Assembly: GCA_013239625.1 (NCBI GenBank)
Contig: MU055906.1
Location: 1-64,000, forward strand
Origin: Lama guanicoe
Lineage: Eukaryota
DNA: 64,000 bases
Direction: 5' to 3'
In this document: one piece after another, positions 32,838-45,197 of the stretch
Numbering within the stretch: position 1 is the stretch's first letter
Layout: each line of letters starts with the position of its first letter
Notes under the pieces: model-generated
The model's input: only the letters and a program-made list of their open reading frames with translations
Told to the model about the DNA's origin: nothing
Database searches by the model: none
Position numbers and translations under genes: made by a program

Positions 32838-35800
32838 TAATGTCACTTTGCCAGATGTACCTTCAAAACATGGAGGGATAGCTCAGGCCAAACATGAAAA
32901 TCCCAGATTTTGCATCAATTCCCAAGAAGGGAGTATCCCATGGCCCTTCTGTTCCTGAAATGAAACCCAGGGCAAGCATTTGTTTCAAGCAGACACGAAT
33001 TACAAGAGGATTGCTAGCAGCATTCTTTGATTCTACCATTGGATGCCTTCTGTGGACATTGCAAGATATGAAGAAGCTGGGGTACTGAGGCCAAACTTGT
33101 GAAAAGGCCTTTCCAAGTACGCATGGACAGTAATTGCCAGTGTGATCTGCTCTACCAAAATCTTGGATCACATCAGCTGAAGTGACCGCAAATTGTTTCC
33201 AAGGATTGATAGGTTCTAAAACCTTTGGAAGACAGGGCACCCTATCTAGGAGATAGTCACAAGAATGTTTGTCTCACCATAACATCATGCCAGATAGAAT
33301 GCATTTCAAGATGGCTGAAGTTGAGGAAGAAAAGTCAGGATGCAGTGAAATCTTACAGAACATGAAGACAGACTCGTATACTAAACGCAAAAGCCTCACA
33401 TTTAAAAATTGCCAGAAAACCAAAAAATTCCACATGTGCTCAGTCCCAAGATTGGAACAGTTTTCCAAGACTGGGTGAAACTAACACAAATTGCTTCATT
33501 CTGTCCAAGTAGTCCTTCCAGATTGTGAAATTATGCTCTATCAAGACATTCAGTGGGGGGAACTTAGAGAATTCACAGTGGGTTTTAATGCATAGCCTCA
33601 CTCACAAGCTAGACATAGGATGGGTCCTCAATCCCACCACTTACATGATCCCACAAGGCAGAAAGAAGTTTCACACACACACTTTTTTGTGTAGTGACAA
33701 GTACCTACAAGTTTCATTGCACAGCCCCACCTTTTCAAGAGACATTCTGTTGACAAACTTTCCAACTTCTCAGGAAACATTCTTAAAGACAGTACAAGAA
33801 ATGATGGGAGCAGAGTCAATGTGAGTGTGTGAGAAAGCCTAAAAACTTGGATTTTGACTTTCTTCCCAAACACAAAATTTCTCTTATCCTGACAACACAG
33901 GTGAAGGAAATTTTTCCACACTCATTTTATTCCCAAGTTGCTTCATCTGTGAACGTTAGGGTTGATCTGAAAGAAATTAGAAGACCCATTCCAACAATCC
34001 TCTTTCCACTTTGTTTTGAATTCTTCATAACAGCAGTGTTTGCTGAGCGGCTGTTTGTGTTTAAACTTCTTTTCACATTGCTTAAGATGCTTCATAACAT
34101 TTGGATCTGCTGAGGGGCTGTTTGTGTTTCTATGATGAGTTGAAGTCAAGGTCATTCAGGATAGGAATGCAGGCTACTTAGGGAAACCGTGCAAACTCAT
34201 TTGGTTTGTAATGATTGTGTAAAAAGCAGCACAAGTACCTGGGTAGGGAGAGATCTTCTCCCAATTCTAACACCTCTCTTGGCATGCTGTCCATGAACAT
34301 TTTAAAGCTGGCTTCTATTTGACATCTTGAGACAAAGTTGAGAGAAATTGTTTCAGAACCTGGATATAGGCTTCTTTCCAAGTCATGGAAAGTGTTTTTC
34401 CTTTAATGGCACAATGCAGAATTTATTCAACCCTTTCCATTTCCATAAAGGAACATGTTGGAACATTCCATGCATGTAGCCATAAGTCACAGAGACATTC
34501 CTGCAAACATGTTGCCACAGATATTCTCACTTATGAAAAGACAGTTCAACATCTCAGAAAACTGTGATCTTTGTGAATCAGAGGTCAAGATTTTGTTGAC
34601 CACTGAAATAGACCCATTTCCCAAATACATTAAATTCGTCTTGCAAAGTAGTATATGGGGGAATTTTCTTCAACATGCCTTCTCCAAAATTGAGAACTGT
34701 TAAAGGATATATTGAACAAAACAATGACTTGTTCAGGACAGAATACACTCAAAGCTGTCTTCTTTTGTGCTATTCTTCCCACAGAAAAGTTCAAGAGAGC
34801 TGAAGTAAATTATCTGAGTTCAATGAAGAAGAGAGACCTATAAGAATGTGCAGATGGGCTCACGTCCAACCCTGAAAATCAAAGTACCCCAGATGAGGAA
34901 GTGCAGTGAACATTGCCCCACATCATACTCCTCTAAGTAGGTAATTTACTGAAGGTGAACTTCACCTAACGTAACACTGAAGAGGGTTTCTTTGCACCAA
35001 TAATGCATTACTCCTAATAGCTTTCCAAAGAGCTGATATTTGCTGAGATGTAATGCAGTCATTAATGTTACCTTCTCTGATGTGCCTTCATAATCTTAAG
35101 GGGACCTTAGGCTAAACATGGAAATCCCTGCTTTTCTCATCAATTCCCAAGAAGGAAATTTCCCAAATCCCTTATGTTCCCCAAAAGAACCATATGAGAA
35201 TTATTTGTGTGCAGCTGATATGAACTGAAGTTGGCTTTCTAAAGAGAATTGTTTGCATCTTTCCTTGGATTCTCTCTATGGACAGTGAGGATCAAAGAGA
35301 AGCTGATGTACTAAGGATGAACTTGAGCAGAAGACTCTCAGAGTACAGATGGACCATTCCCCTTAGACAAAATTCTGTGCTTCCAAATTCTGGGATAAAG
35401 TCAACTTAACCTCTCACCAAGTGTATCCCAGATTTGCATGATATTAAATCTGAGGTGCACAGAACACCCTTCTAGGAGTCATTTTCACACGATTCTTGAT
35501 CTCACCATCATCCTATGCTAACGAGAATGAATTTGAAGATGGCTGAATTTGAGGAACGATAGGCAGGTTTCAGTGAAATCTTACAGAACTTGGTGATAGG
35601 CATGTATGCCAAAAAGAGAAGCCACATATTCCAAAAATGGCCGTAGACTTAAAACTTCCTAATTTGTTTAAGCCTAAAGTGGGAAAAGAAGTGCTGTGGG
35701 AGTTTCCCTCCTGAATTAGTGTCAAAAGTAAGACTAGGTGCATCTAACATGAAGTGCTTTCTCCTGTCCAAGTAGTCCTTTCAGCAAGTGGAAGTTTGCT

Positions 35801-37309
35801 CGATCAACATGTTCAGTGAGGTGAATATGGGGATTTCAGTGGGGGTTTGAATGCATGGCCTCAATCACTAGTTAGACATAGGATTGTTTCTCAATCCCTC
35901 AAACTTCGTGATCCCAACTAGGCAGAAGGAAGTTTCCCACACATAATCTTTCTTCTAGTGACAATAGCCAACATGATGCATTGCACAGCAATCTTTTCTC
36001 AAGAGACACTCTGTCAGCAATGTTTCCAACTTCATGGCCAATTGCCTAAAGACAACTGATGCAGAGATGAAGTGACCTACCTCACTGTGAGAGTGTAAGA
36101 AAACCTATGAGAAATCTTAGTTGTGCTTGCTTCCCAACAACACAAACACTCAATTATCAAGACAGCACTGATTAGGGACATTACCTGCACTCATTGTATT
36201 CCCAGTATGAGTCAAGTGCCAACATTTCAGTTGATGTGAGCGAATTTACAAGACCCAGTCTTCTTTGCACCTTCATTTGGATGCTTCCAATAAGCAGTGT
36301 CATGTGAAGGGCTGTGGCTCTTCCAAAGAGGAGCTAGTGCTCAGGTTGTTCAAGGCAGGAACATAGATTTATTTGGGACACCGTGGAAAGCAGTGCTCAT
36401 GATGAAGCCTGTGAGGATTTACATATTTTCCACTTGATTCCCAGAGTGGGGACAATTGTCTGAGATTCAGAACAACAACAGGGTAGGAAGAGAACTTCTC
36501 ACACTTCTTTCACTGTTGTTGGCATGTTCTCCAAAAATGGTTTCAAGCTGGGTTCAATTCGACATCTCAAGATCATGTTTAGAGAAGCTGCTTCAGAACC
36601 AAGACTTAGGCCTCTTTCCCATTCACAGAAACCCATTTTTCCCAAAAAGTCACAAGAGAGAAATCTTCCTTACCCATTCCATTTCGAGCAGCAAACATGT
36701 TTAAATGTCCCATGCTTGTAGCAGCAGGTTGTAGAGACTATCCTTCAAATGGCTTCCCAAATTCCCCTCTCTCTTCCATAAAGTTAGTTCGACATAAGAA
36801 TAAAACTGTGATTCCATGTGGACTAGGAGCCAAGACCTTGGGGACACTGACACACAGCCATTTCCCAACTGCCAGAATTCTCTGACTTGCAACCAAGGTG
36901 ATGGAATGAATTTCCTTCAAATATATGCCTAATCCAAAATTGAGAATTGTTACAGGATATATTGAATCCAAGAAATCATTTAGGAGAGATTACCTTCCAA
37001 GCTATCTACTTTCTTGATATTCTTCCTAAAGAAATCTTCATAACAGCTGAAGGGAAATATCTATGTTGGATGATGGACAGAGGCCTTTCCAAATGTGTAA
37101 ATGGGACCACTTCCATCCTTGAAAATCAATATGTCCCCAACAAGAGAGTGCAATGAAAACTGGCCAACGTCATAGGTCTCCAAATAGGGAAGTTACAGAA
37201 AGTGAATTTAACCTGAATTAATGCTGATGAGGGTTCTCTGCACCAATCATTCAGTATATCTCATAGATTTTGAAATAGCTGCTTTTGACTCAGCTGAGAT
37301 GAATTGTTT
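32838..37309. repeat. AB unit: A8 (32838-35062, 67-bp duplication plus a downstream deletion near 34198) + B9 (35063-37309)
   Basis: Landmarks at 32838, 35063, 37310. Confidence 0.93.
33993..34129. repeat. 67-bp tandem duplication in A8
   Basis: CTTCATAACA at 34023 and 34090. Confidence 0.9.
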
Positions 37310-40300
37310 TAATGTCACTTTGCCAGATGTCCCTTCACAACATTGAGGGGTAACCCATGCCAAATATGAAAATCCCTGCTTTTGCCATCAATTCCCAAGA
37401 AGGGATTATCACATGGCCAATCTTTTCCTAAAATAAAACTCAGGGCAAGAATTCATTTGAAGCAGACCTGAATTGCAAGAAGATTGCAAGCAGCATTCTT
37501 TGCTTCTTCCCTTGGATGCATTCTGTGGACATTGATAAAATTGAGGAGCTGGGATACTGAGGCCAAATTTCTGAAAAGGACTTACCAAGTAGGCATGGAT
37601 AGTTCTTGCCAGCTTATTGTGCTCTGCCAAAATCTTGGATCATGTCAACTCTCCCGACCCCAAATTTTTTCCCAAGAGTGAAAGATACTAAAACATGTTG
37701 AACACAGGGCTTCCTATCTAGGAGAGAGTCTTACAAGAATTTTTGTCTCACCATAACTTCATGCCAGCTAGAATGCATTTCTAGATGGCTGAAGTTGAGG
37801 AAGAAAAGTCAGGTTGCAGTTAAATATTACAGAACATGAAAACAGGCTCATACACCAAAGACAAAAGCCTTATGTTTGAAAAGTGGCAGAGGATCGAAAA
37901 CTTCCACATGTGCTTAATTCCAAGATGGGAACAGGTTTCCAAGACTGGGTGCAGCTTACACAAATTTCTTTATCCTGTCCAAGTTGTCCTTTCATCATAT
38001 GGAATATTGCTCGAATGAGACGTTCCATTAGGTGAGGTTCAAGAATTCACAATGGGTTTTAATGCATGGCCTCACTCAGAAGTTAGATACAGAATCGGTC
38101 CTCAATCCAACAACTAAAGTGATCCCAAGAAGGCAAAAGTAGTTTTCCCACACACATTTTTTCCTCTAGTGAAAAATACCTAACTGATGCATTGCCCAGC
38201 CCCTCATTTTCAAGAGACATTCTGTCGAAAAGATTCCAACTTTGCAGGTAACTTTCCTAAAGACACTTCAAGAGGAGATTAAGGGAGGAGAATCAATGCA
38301 AGTTTGTGAGAAGGCTTATCAGAACTTTCATTTTGGCTTGCTTTCCCAACACAAAAATTCTCTTATCACCACAATGCAGGTGAAGTAAATTTTTTAGCAC
38401 AGATTGTATTCCTAAATTGTGTCATCTGTGAACATTAGGGTTGATCTGCTGGAAATTAGAAGACCCTTTCAAACAAGCCACTTTCCACCTTGCTTTGAAT
38501 GCTTTGCAACAGCTGGGTCTGCTGAAGGGATGTTTGTGTTTGATGATGAATTGGAGCCAAGGTTGTTCAGGAAAGGAACAAGGCTACTTAGGGAAACCAT
38601 GGAAAATCAGGCTCCCATGAGGCCTGCAAATTTCTCCACCTTTTCCTTTTGGTTCACAGAGTGGAATGATTGCCTAAAATGGCACAAAAATCTGGGTAGG
38701 GAGAGATGTTTTTCCACTTCTATCAGCTCTCTTGATATTCTGTCCATTTACAAGCTGGGTTGCATTTGACAACTCAAGACAAAGTTGATAGAAATTGATT
38801 CAGAACTGGGATATAGGCTTCCTTCAAAGTCACTGAAAGTGTTTTTCCCCATGATGGCACAAGGCAGAAATCATCCTTATCCGTTTAATTTTCATAAGGG
38901 AACATGTTGGAAGATTCCATGCATGTAGCCAAAGGTCTCAGAGACTTTCCTGCAATTGGCTTGCCACAGATTTTCTCACTTTTGTAAAGACAGTTCAACA
39001 TCTGTGAAAAGCATGACTGCATGTGCAATAGAGGCCAAGGTTTTGTGGCACACTGAAATAGACCCATTTACCAAATGTTGAAATACTCTTCCTTGCAATG
39101 AATGAGATGGGGTGAATTTTCTTCAAACATGTCTTGTTACAGAATATATGAGCCAAAGCATGACACATTCAGGATAGTGTACACACAATGCTGCATTCTT
39201 TTGTTCTATTCATTCTACAGAACAGTTCATGAGAGCTGAAATAAATTATCTGAATTTGAAGAAGAACAGAGACCTATGAGAATGTGCAGATGGGCTCACT
39301 TCCATTCCTGAAAATCAACGTGTCCCCAAAGAGGCAGTGCAGTGAAAATTGGCCCACATCATATTCCTCCAAGTAGGGATGCTTCTGAAGGTGAATTTCG
39401 CCTAAAGTAACAGTGAAGAAGGTTTCTTTGCATCAACAACTTAGCATTCATAATAGCTTTCCAAAGAGCTGCTGTTGGCTGAGCTGAAACACAGTCCTTA
39501 ACATCACCTTCACAGATGTATCTTCATTACATTCAGGGAAACTCAGGCCAAACTTTGAAACACCTGCTTTTATCATCATATCCCAAGAAGGGAATTTCTA
39601 AGTCCCTTCTCTTCCACAAAAGAACCAAATGTGAAACATTTGTGTGCAGCTGATATGAACTGAAGTTGACTTTCTAAAGAGCATACTTTGCACCTTTCCT
39701 TGGATTACCTCTGTGGACAGTGAAGATCAAAGAGAAGCTGATGTACAAAGGATGAATTTGAGAAAAAGCCTTTCAAAGTTTGAACGGTTAAGTGAATGTC
39801 TATGGCTGTTCCAAAGAGGAACTGGCTCCCAGGTCACTCATGACAGGAACATAGATTAATTTGGGAAACTGTGGAACTCAGTGCTCATGACATGGCCCGA
39901 GAGTTTGTTGCATATTTTTCACTTGATTCCCAGGGTGGGACAACTGACTGAGAGTTGCAAAAATAAGCTGAGTAAGAAGATATCTTCTCCCACTTCTGCC
40001 ACAATTGTCAGCATGCTCTCCAGGAATGTTTTCAAGCTTGGTCCAATTTGACATCTCATGATCATGTTTACAGAAACTGCTTCAGAATCGAGACACAGGC
40101 TTCTTTCCCATTCACAGAAACCCATTTTTCCCAAAAAGGAACAAGACAGAAATCAACATTTCCCATTCTATTTCGAGCAGGGAACATGTTGGAAAGTCCC
40201 ATGGATGTAACAGAAAGTCGTGCAGACTCTCCTACAAATGGCTTTCTGCATTCCCAGTCTCTTTCATAAAGTTATTCCAACATAAGGGAAAACTGGGATT

Positions 40301-40794
40301 CCATGTGAATAGGAGACAAGACCTTGTGGAACACTGACACTCAGCCATTTCCCAACTGCCAGAATACTCTGACTGGCAATGAATTTGATGGATTGAATTT
40401 CCTTCAAACATGCCTTATCCAAATTGGAGAATTGTTATAGGATATATTGAACCCAAGCTCTCATTTGGATAGGTTATCCTCCAAGCTGTCTTCTTTCTTA
40501 CTATTCTTCCAAGAGAAATCTTCCTAATGGCTGAAGAAAATTTTCCATGTTGGGTAATGAAAAGAGGATTTTCCGAATGTGCAAATGGGCTCAATTCTGT
40601 CCTTGAAGATCAATGTGTCCACAACAAGGCAGTGGAATTAAAACTGGCCCACGTCATATTCCTACAAATAGGGAAGTTTCAGAAGGTGAATTTCACCTGA
40701 ACTAATGCTGAAGAGGGGTTCTCTGCACCAAATATTGAGCATTCCTCATAGATTTTGAAAGAGCTTCTGTTGACTCAGCTGACATGAGTTGTCT
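37310..40794. repeat. AB unit: A9 (37310-39498) + internally deleted B10 (39499-40794, ~950 bp missing)
   Basis: B10 spans only 1296 bp; junction near 39787. Confidence 0.92.
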
Positions 40795-43700
40795 TAATGT
40801 CACTTTGCCAGATGTACCTTCACAACATGGAGGGATAGCTCAGGACAAATATGAAAAATGAAATGCAGGGCAATCAGTTGTTTGAAGCAGACCCCAAATT
40901 CCAAGAGGATTTCTAGCAGCATTCTTTGCTTCTTCCCTTGGATGTCTTCTGTGTACATGGCAAAATCTGCAGAAGCTGGGGTACTGAGGCTGAACATGTG
41001 GAAAAGCCTTTCCATGTATGCACGGACAATTCTTGCCAGCATGCTGTGCTCTACCAAAATGTTGGATCAATTCAACTCGCCTGAACCCAAGTTGTTTCCC
41101 AAGAGTGAAAGATTATAAAACCTGTGGAACACAGGGTATCCTTTCTAGGAGAGAGACTGAAAATTATTTTTCTCAGCATAACTTAATGCCAGCTAGAATA
41201 AATTTCAAGATGGCTGAATTTGAGGAAGAACGTCAGGTTGCAGTGAAATCTTATGGAGGGCGAAGACAGGCTCACACACCAAAGACAAAAGGCTCACATT
41301 TGAAAACTTGCAGAATACTGAAAACTCCCATTTGCTCAGTTTCAAGATGGGAACAGGTTTCCATGGCTGGGTGCAGGTAACACAAAATGCTTCATTCTGT
41401 CAAATAGTCCTTTCAGCAAGTGGAAATTTGCTCATTTGAGACTTTCAGTGCGGGGAGCTTCGAGAATTCACAGGGGGATTTAATGCATGGCCTCATTCAC
41501 AAGTTAGACATAGGAAGTGTACTCAATCCCAGCACTTATGTGATCTCATGAAAGCAGAAGGAGTTTTCAACATACACTCTTTTCTCTCATGACAAATACG
41601 TACAAGATGCATTGCACAGTCCCTTATTTTCAAGAGAAATACTGTCGACATAGATTCTGACTTCACATGTGACTTTCCTAAAGACAATATAAGAGAATTT
41701 AAGTGAGCAGACTCAAAGTGAGTGTGTGAGAAGGCCTATCAGAACTTGGATTTTGGCTTGCTTCCCCAACACAAAAATTCTCTTATCCCTACAACGCAGG
41801 TGAAGGAAATTTTTTTTGCACTTATTGCATTCCGAAGATGTGTCACCAGTGAACATCAGGGTTGATCAGCCAGAAATTAGAAAACCCGTTCCAACAATCC
41901 TCTTTCCACCTTACTTAGAATGCTTCATAACAGCTGGGTCTGCTGAGGGGCTGTTTGTGTTTCTATGATGAGTTGGAGCCAAGGCCATTCAGGACAGGAA
42001 CACAGGCTACTTACGGAAACCATGGAAACTCTAGGTTCCCCTGAGGCCTGCGAATTTGCTCCACATTATCCATTTTGTTCCTAGAGTGCAATGATTTTCT
42101 ATGGTTCGGCAGAAGAAGCTGAGTAAGGAGAGATTTTCCCCACGTCTTTCACCTCTCTTAGCATGCTGTTCAGGAACATTTACAAGCTCGGTTCCATTTG
42201 ACATCTCTAGACAATGTTGAGAAAAATTGTTTCAGAACAGGAATATAGGCTTCATTCCAAGTCACAGAAAGTGTTTTTCCCATGATGGCACAAGGAAGAA
42301 ATCACCCTTACCCACTACATTTCCACAAGGGAAAATGTTAGAAGATTCCTTGCATGTAGCCAAAGGTCACAGAGACTTTCCTGCAAATGACTTGACCCAG
42401 ATTTTCTCACTTTTGTAAAGACATTTCAATATCTGAGGAAACCCTGATTCCATGTGCAATAGAGGCCAAGATTTTTTGGACCACTGAAATAGACCTGCTT
42501 CCCAAATGCCTAATACTCAGTCTTGCAATGAAGGAGATGGGGTAAATTTTCTTCAAACTTGCCTTCCCCAAAATTGAGAATTGTTACAGGATACATGAAA
42601 TCTAAGCAGCACTTGTTCATGACAGAGTACACTCAGAGCTGTCTTATTTTGTGCTATTCAAACTACAGAGAACTCATGAGAGCTGAAGTAAATTATCTGA
42701 GTTTGATGAAGAACAGAGGCCTAAAAGAATGTGTAGATGGGCTCACTTTTTCATCCCTGAAAATCAATATGTTCCCAAAGAGGCAGTGCCGTGAAAATTG
42801 TGCAAATCTAATTCCTCCAAGTAGGGATTTTCTGAAGGTGAATTTTGCCTAAATTAACACTGAAGAGTGTTCCTTTGCACCAATAACTCAACATTCCTAA
42901 TAGCTTTCCAAAGAGCTGGTATTGGCTGAGCTGAAATGCAATCCTTAATGTCACCTTCCCAGATGTACTTTCATTAAATGCAGGGACCCTCTGGTGAAAC
43001 ATGGAAATCCCTGCTTTTATCATCAATTCCCAAGAAGAGAATTTTTCAGTTCCCTGCTGTTCTCCAAAATAACCATATGTGAAGAATCTGTGTAAAGCTT
43101 ATATGAACTGAACATGACTTTCTAAAGAGCATACCTTGCAGGAATCCTTGGGTACCCATTGTGAACAGTGAAGATCAAAGGAAAGCTGATGTACTTAGGA
43201 CAAAATTGAGCAGAAACCTCTCAGAGTATGGACGGACCATTCTTCCCCTTAGGCAAAACTCTGCACTTACAAAGTCTGGGGCAAATCCGCTAAAACTCTC
43301 CCCAAGTGTATCCCAGATTTGCAAGATTTTAACAACTGAGATGCACCGAACATCCTAAGTATGAGGAATTTTAACACAATTCTTGATCTCACTGTCAACT
43401 GATGCTAAAGAGAATGCATTTGAAGATGGCTGAAGTTGAGGAACAAAAGGCAGGTTGCATGAAATCTTACAGAACATGGTGATAGGCTCATGTGCCAAAG
43501 AAAGAAGATGCATTTTAAAAAATGGCAGAAGGCAGAAAGTTTCTTCATGTGATTGTGCCTAAAGTGGGAAAAGAATGGCTGTGGGAGATTCCCTTCTTGT
43601 GAAATATTGGCAAAAGTAAGACTGGGTATATCTAACATGAAGTGCTTCCTCCTGTCCAAGTAGCCTTTCAGCAAGTGGAAGTTTGCTTGATCAACATGTT

Positions 43701-45197
43701 CAGTGAGGTGAACATAGAGATTTCACTGGGGGTTTGAATGCACGGCCTCAATCACTAGTAAGACATAGGATAGTGGTTCTCAGTCCCTCCAGAGTGGTTC
43801 TCCCAACAAGGCAGAAGAAATTTTCCCACACAGAATCTTTCTTCTAGTGAGAAAAACCAAAAGCTGCATTGCACAGCAGTTTTTTCCTCAAGAGACAATC
43901 TATTGGCAATGTTTCCAACTTCCCGGACAATTGCCTAAAAACAACTGAGGCAGAGATGAAGAGACCTACCTCACTGAAAATGTGAGAAGGCCTATCAGAG
44001 CTCTTAGTTACACTTGCTTCTGAAGAAAACAAATACTCCATTATCATGACAGAACCAGTGAGAGACATTGTCTGCATTCATTGTATTCCCAGTGTGAGTA
44101 AAGTACCAAAGTTTGGGTAGATGTGAGTGAAATTACAAGACCCACTAAAACAATCTTCTTTGCACCTTCATTCAGATGATATCAGTAAGCAGTGTGAAGT
44201 GAGGGGCTGTGGCTGTTTCAAAGAGGAACTTGTGCCCAGGTCGTTCAGTGCAAGAACATAAATTAATTTGGGAAAACTTGGAATTCAGTGCCCATGACGA
44301 GGACCTTGAAGTTGTTGCCTATTTTCCACTTGATTCCCAGGGTGGGGATAATTGTCTTAGATTCAAATCATTAACCTGGGTAGGAAGAGATCTTCTCCCA
44401 CTTCTGCCACCATTGTTGGCATGCTCTCAAGGAATGGTTTCAAGCTGGGTTCCATTGGACATCTCAAGATCATGTTTAGAGAAACTGCTTCATAACCGAG
44501 ATATAGGCTTCTTTCCCATTCACAGAAAAGGATTTTTCCCCAAAATGCACAAGACATAAATCATCCTTACACTTACCATTTCAAACAGAGAACATATTGG
44601 AAGGTCCCGTGCATAGCTGAATTTCATAGAGACACTCCTTCAAATGGCATTCTGCATTCAGTCTCTCTCATAAAGTTAGTTCAACATAAGGGAAAAAATG
44701 ATTCCATGTGAAATAGAAGCCAAGACCTTGAGGAGCAATGACACACAGCCATTTCCTAACTGCCAGAAATTTCTGACTTGCAACCAAGTTGATGGAGTGA
44801 ACTTCCTTCCAACATGCCTTATCCAAATTGGAGAATTGTTATAGGATATATTGAACCCAAGCACTCATTTAGTAGAGATTACCCTCCAAGCTGTCTACTT
44901 TCTTGCTAGTCTTCCTACAGAAATCTTCATAATGGCTGAAGTAAAATATCTATGTTGGATGATGGACAGAGGCCTTTCTGAATGTGCAAATGGGCTCACT
45001 TTCATCCTTGAAGATCAATGTGTCCCCAAGGCAGTGAAATGAAAACTGGTCCACGTCATATTCCTTCAAATATGGGAAGTTACAGAATGTGAATTTCCCC
45101 TGAACTAACCCTGAAGATGGATTCTCTGCACCAAACATTCAGCATTCCTCATAGATTCCAAAACAGCTGCTATTGACTCAGCTGAGCTGATGTGTCT
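40795..45197. repeat. AB unit: A10 (40795-42945, ~60-bp deletion at ~40855) + B11 (42946-45197)
   Basis: Landmarks at 40795, 42946, 45198. Confidence 0.93.
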
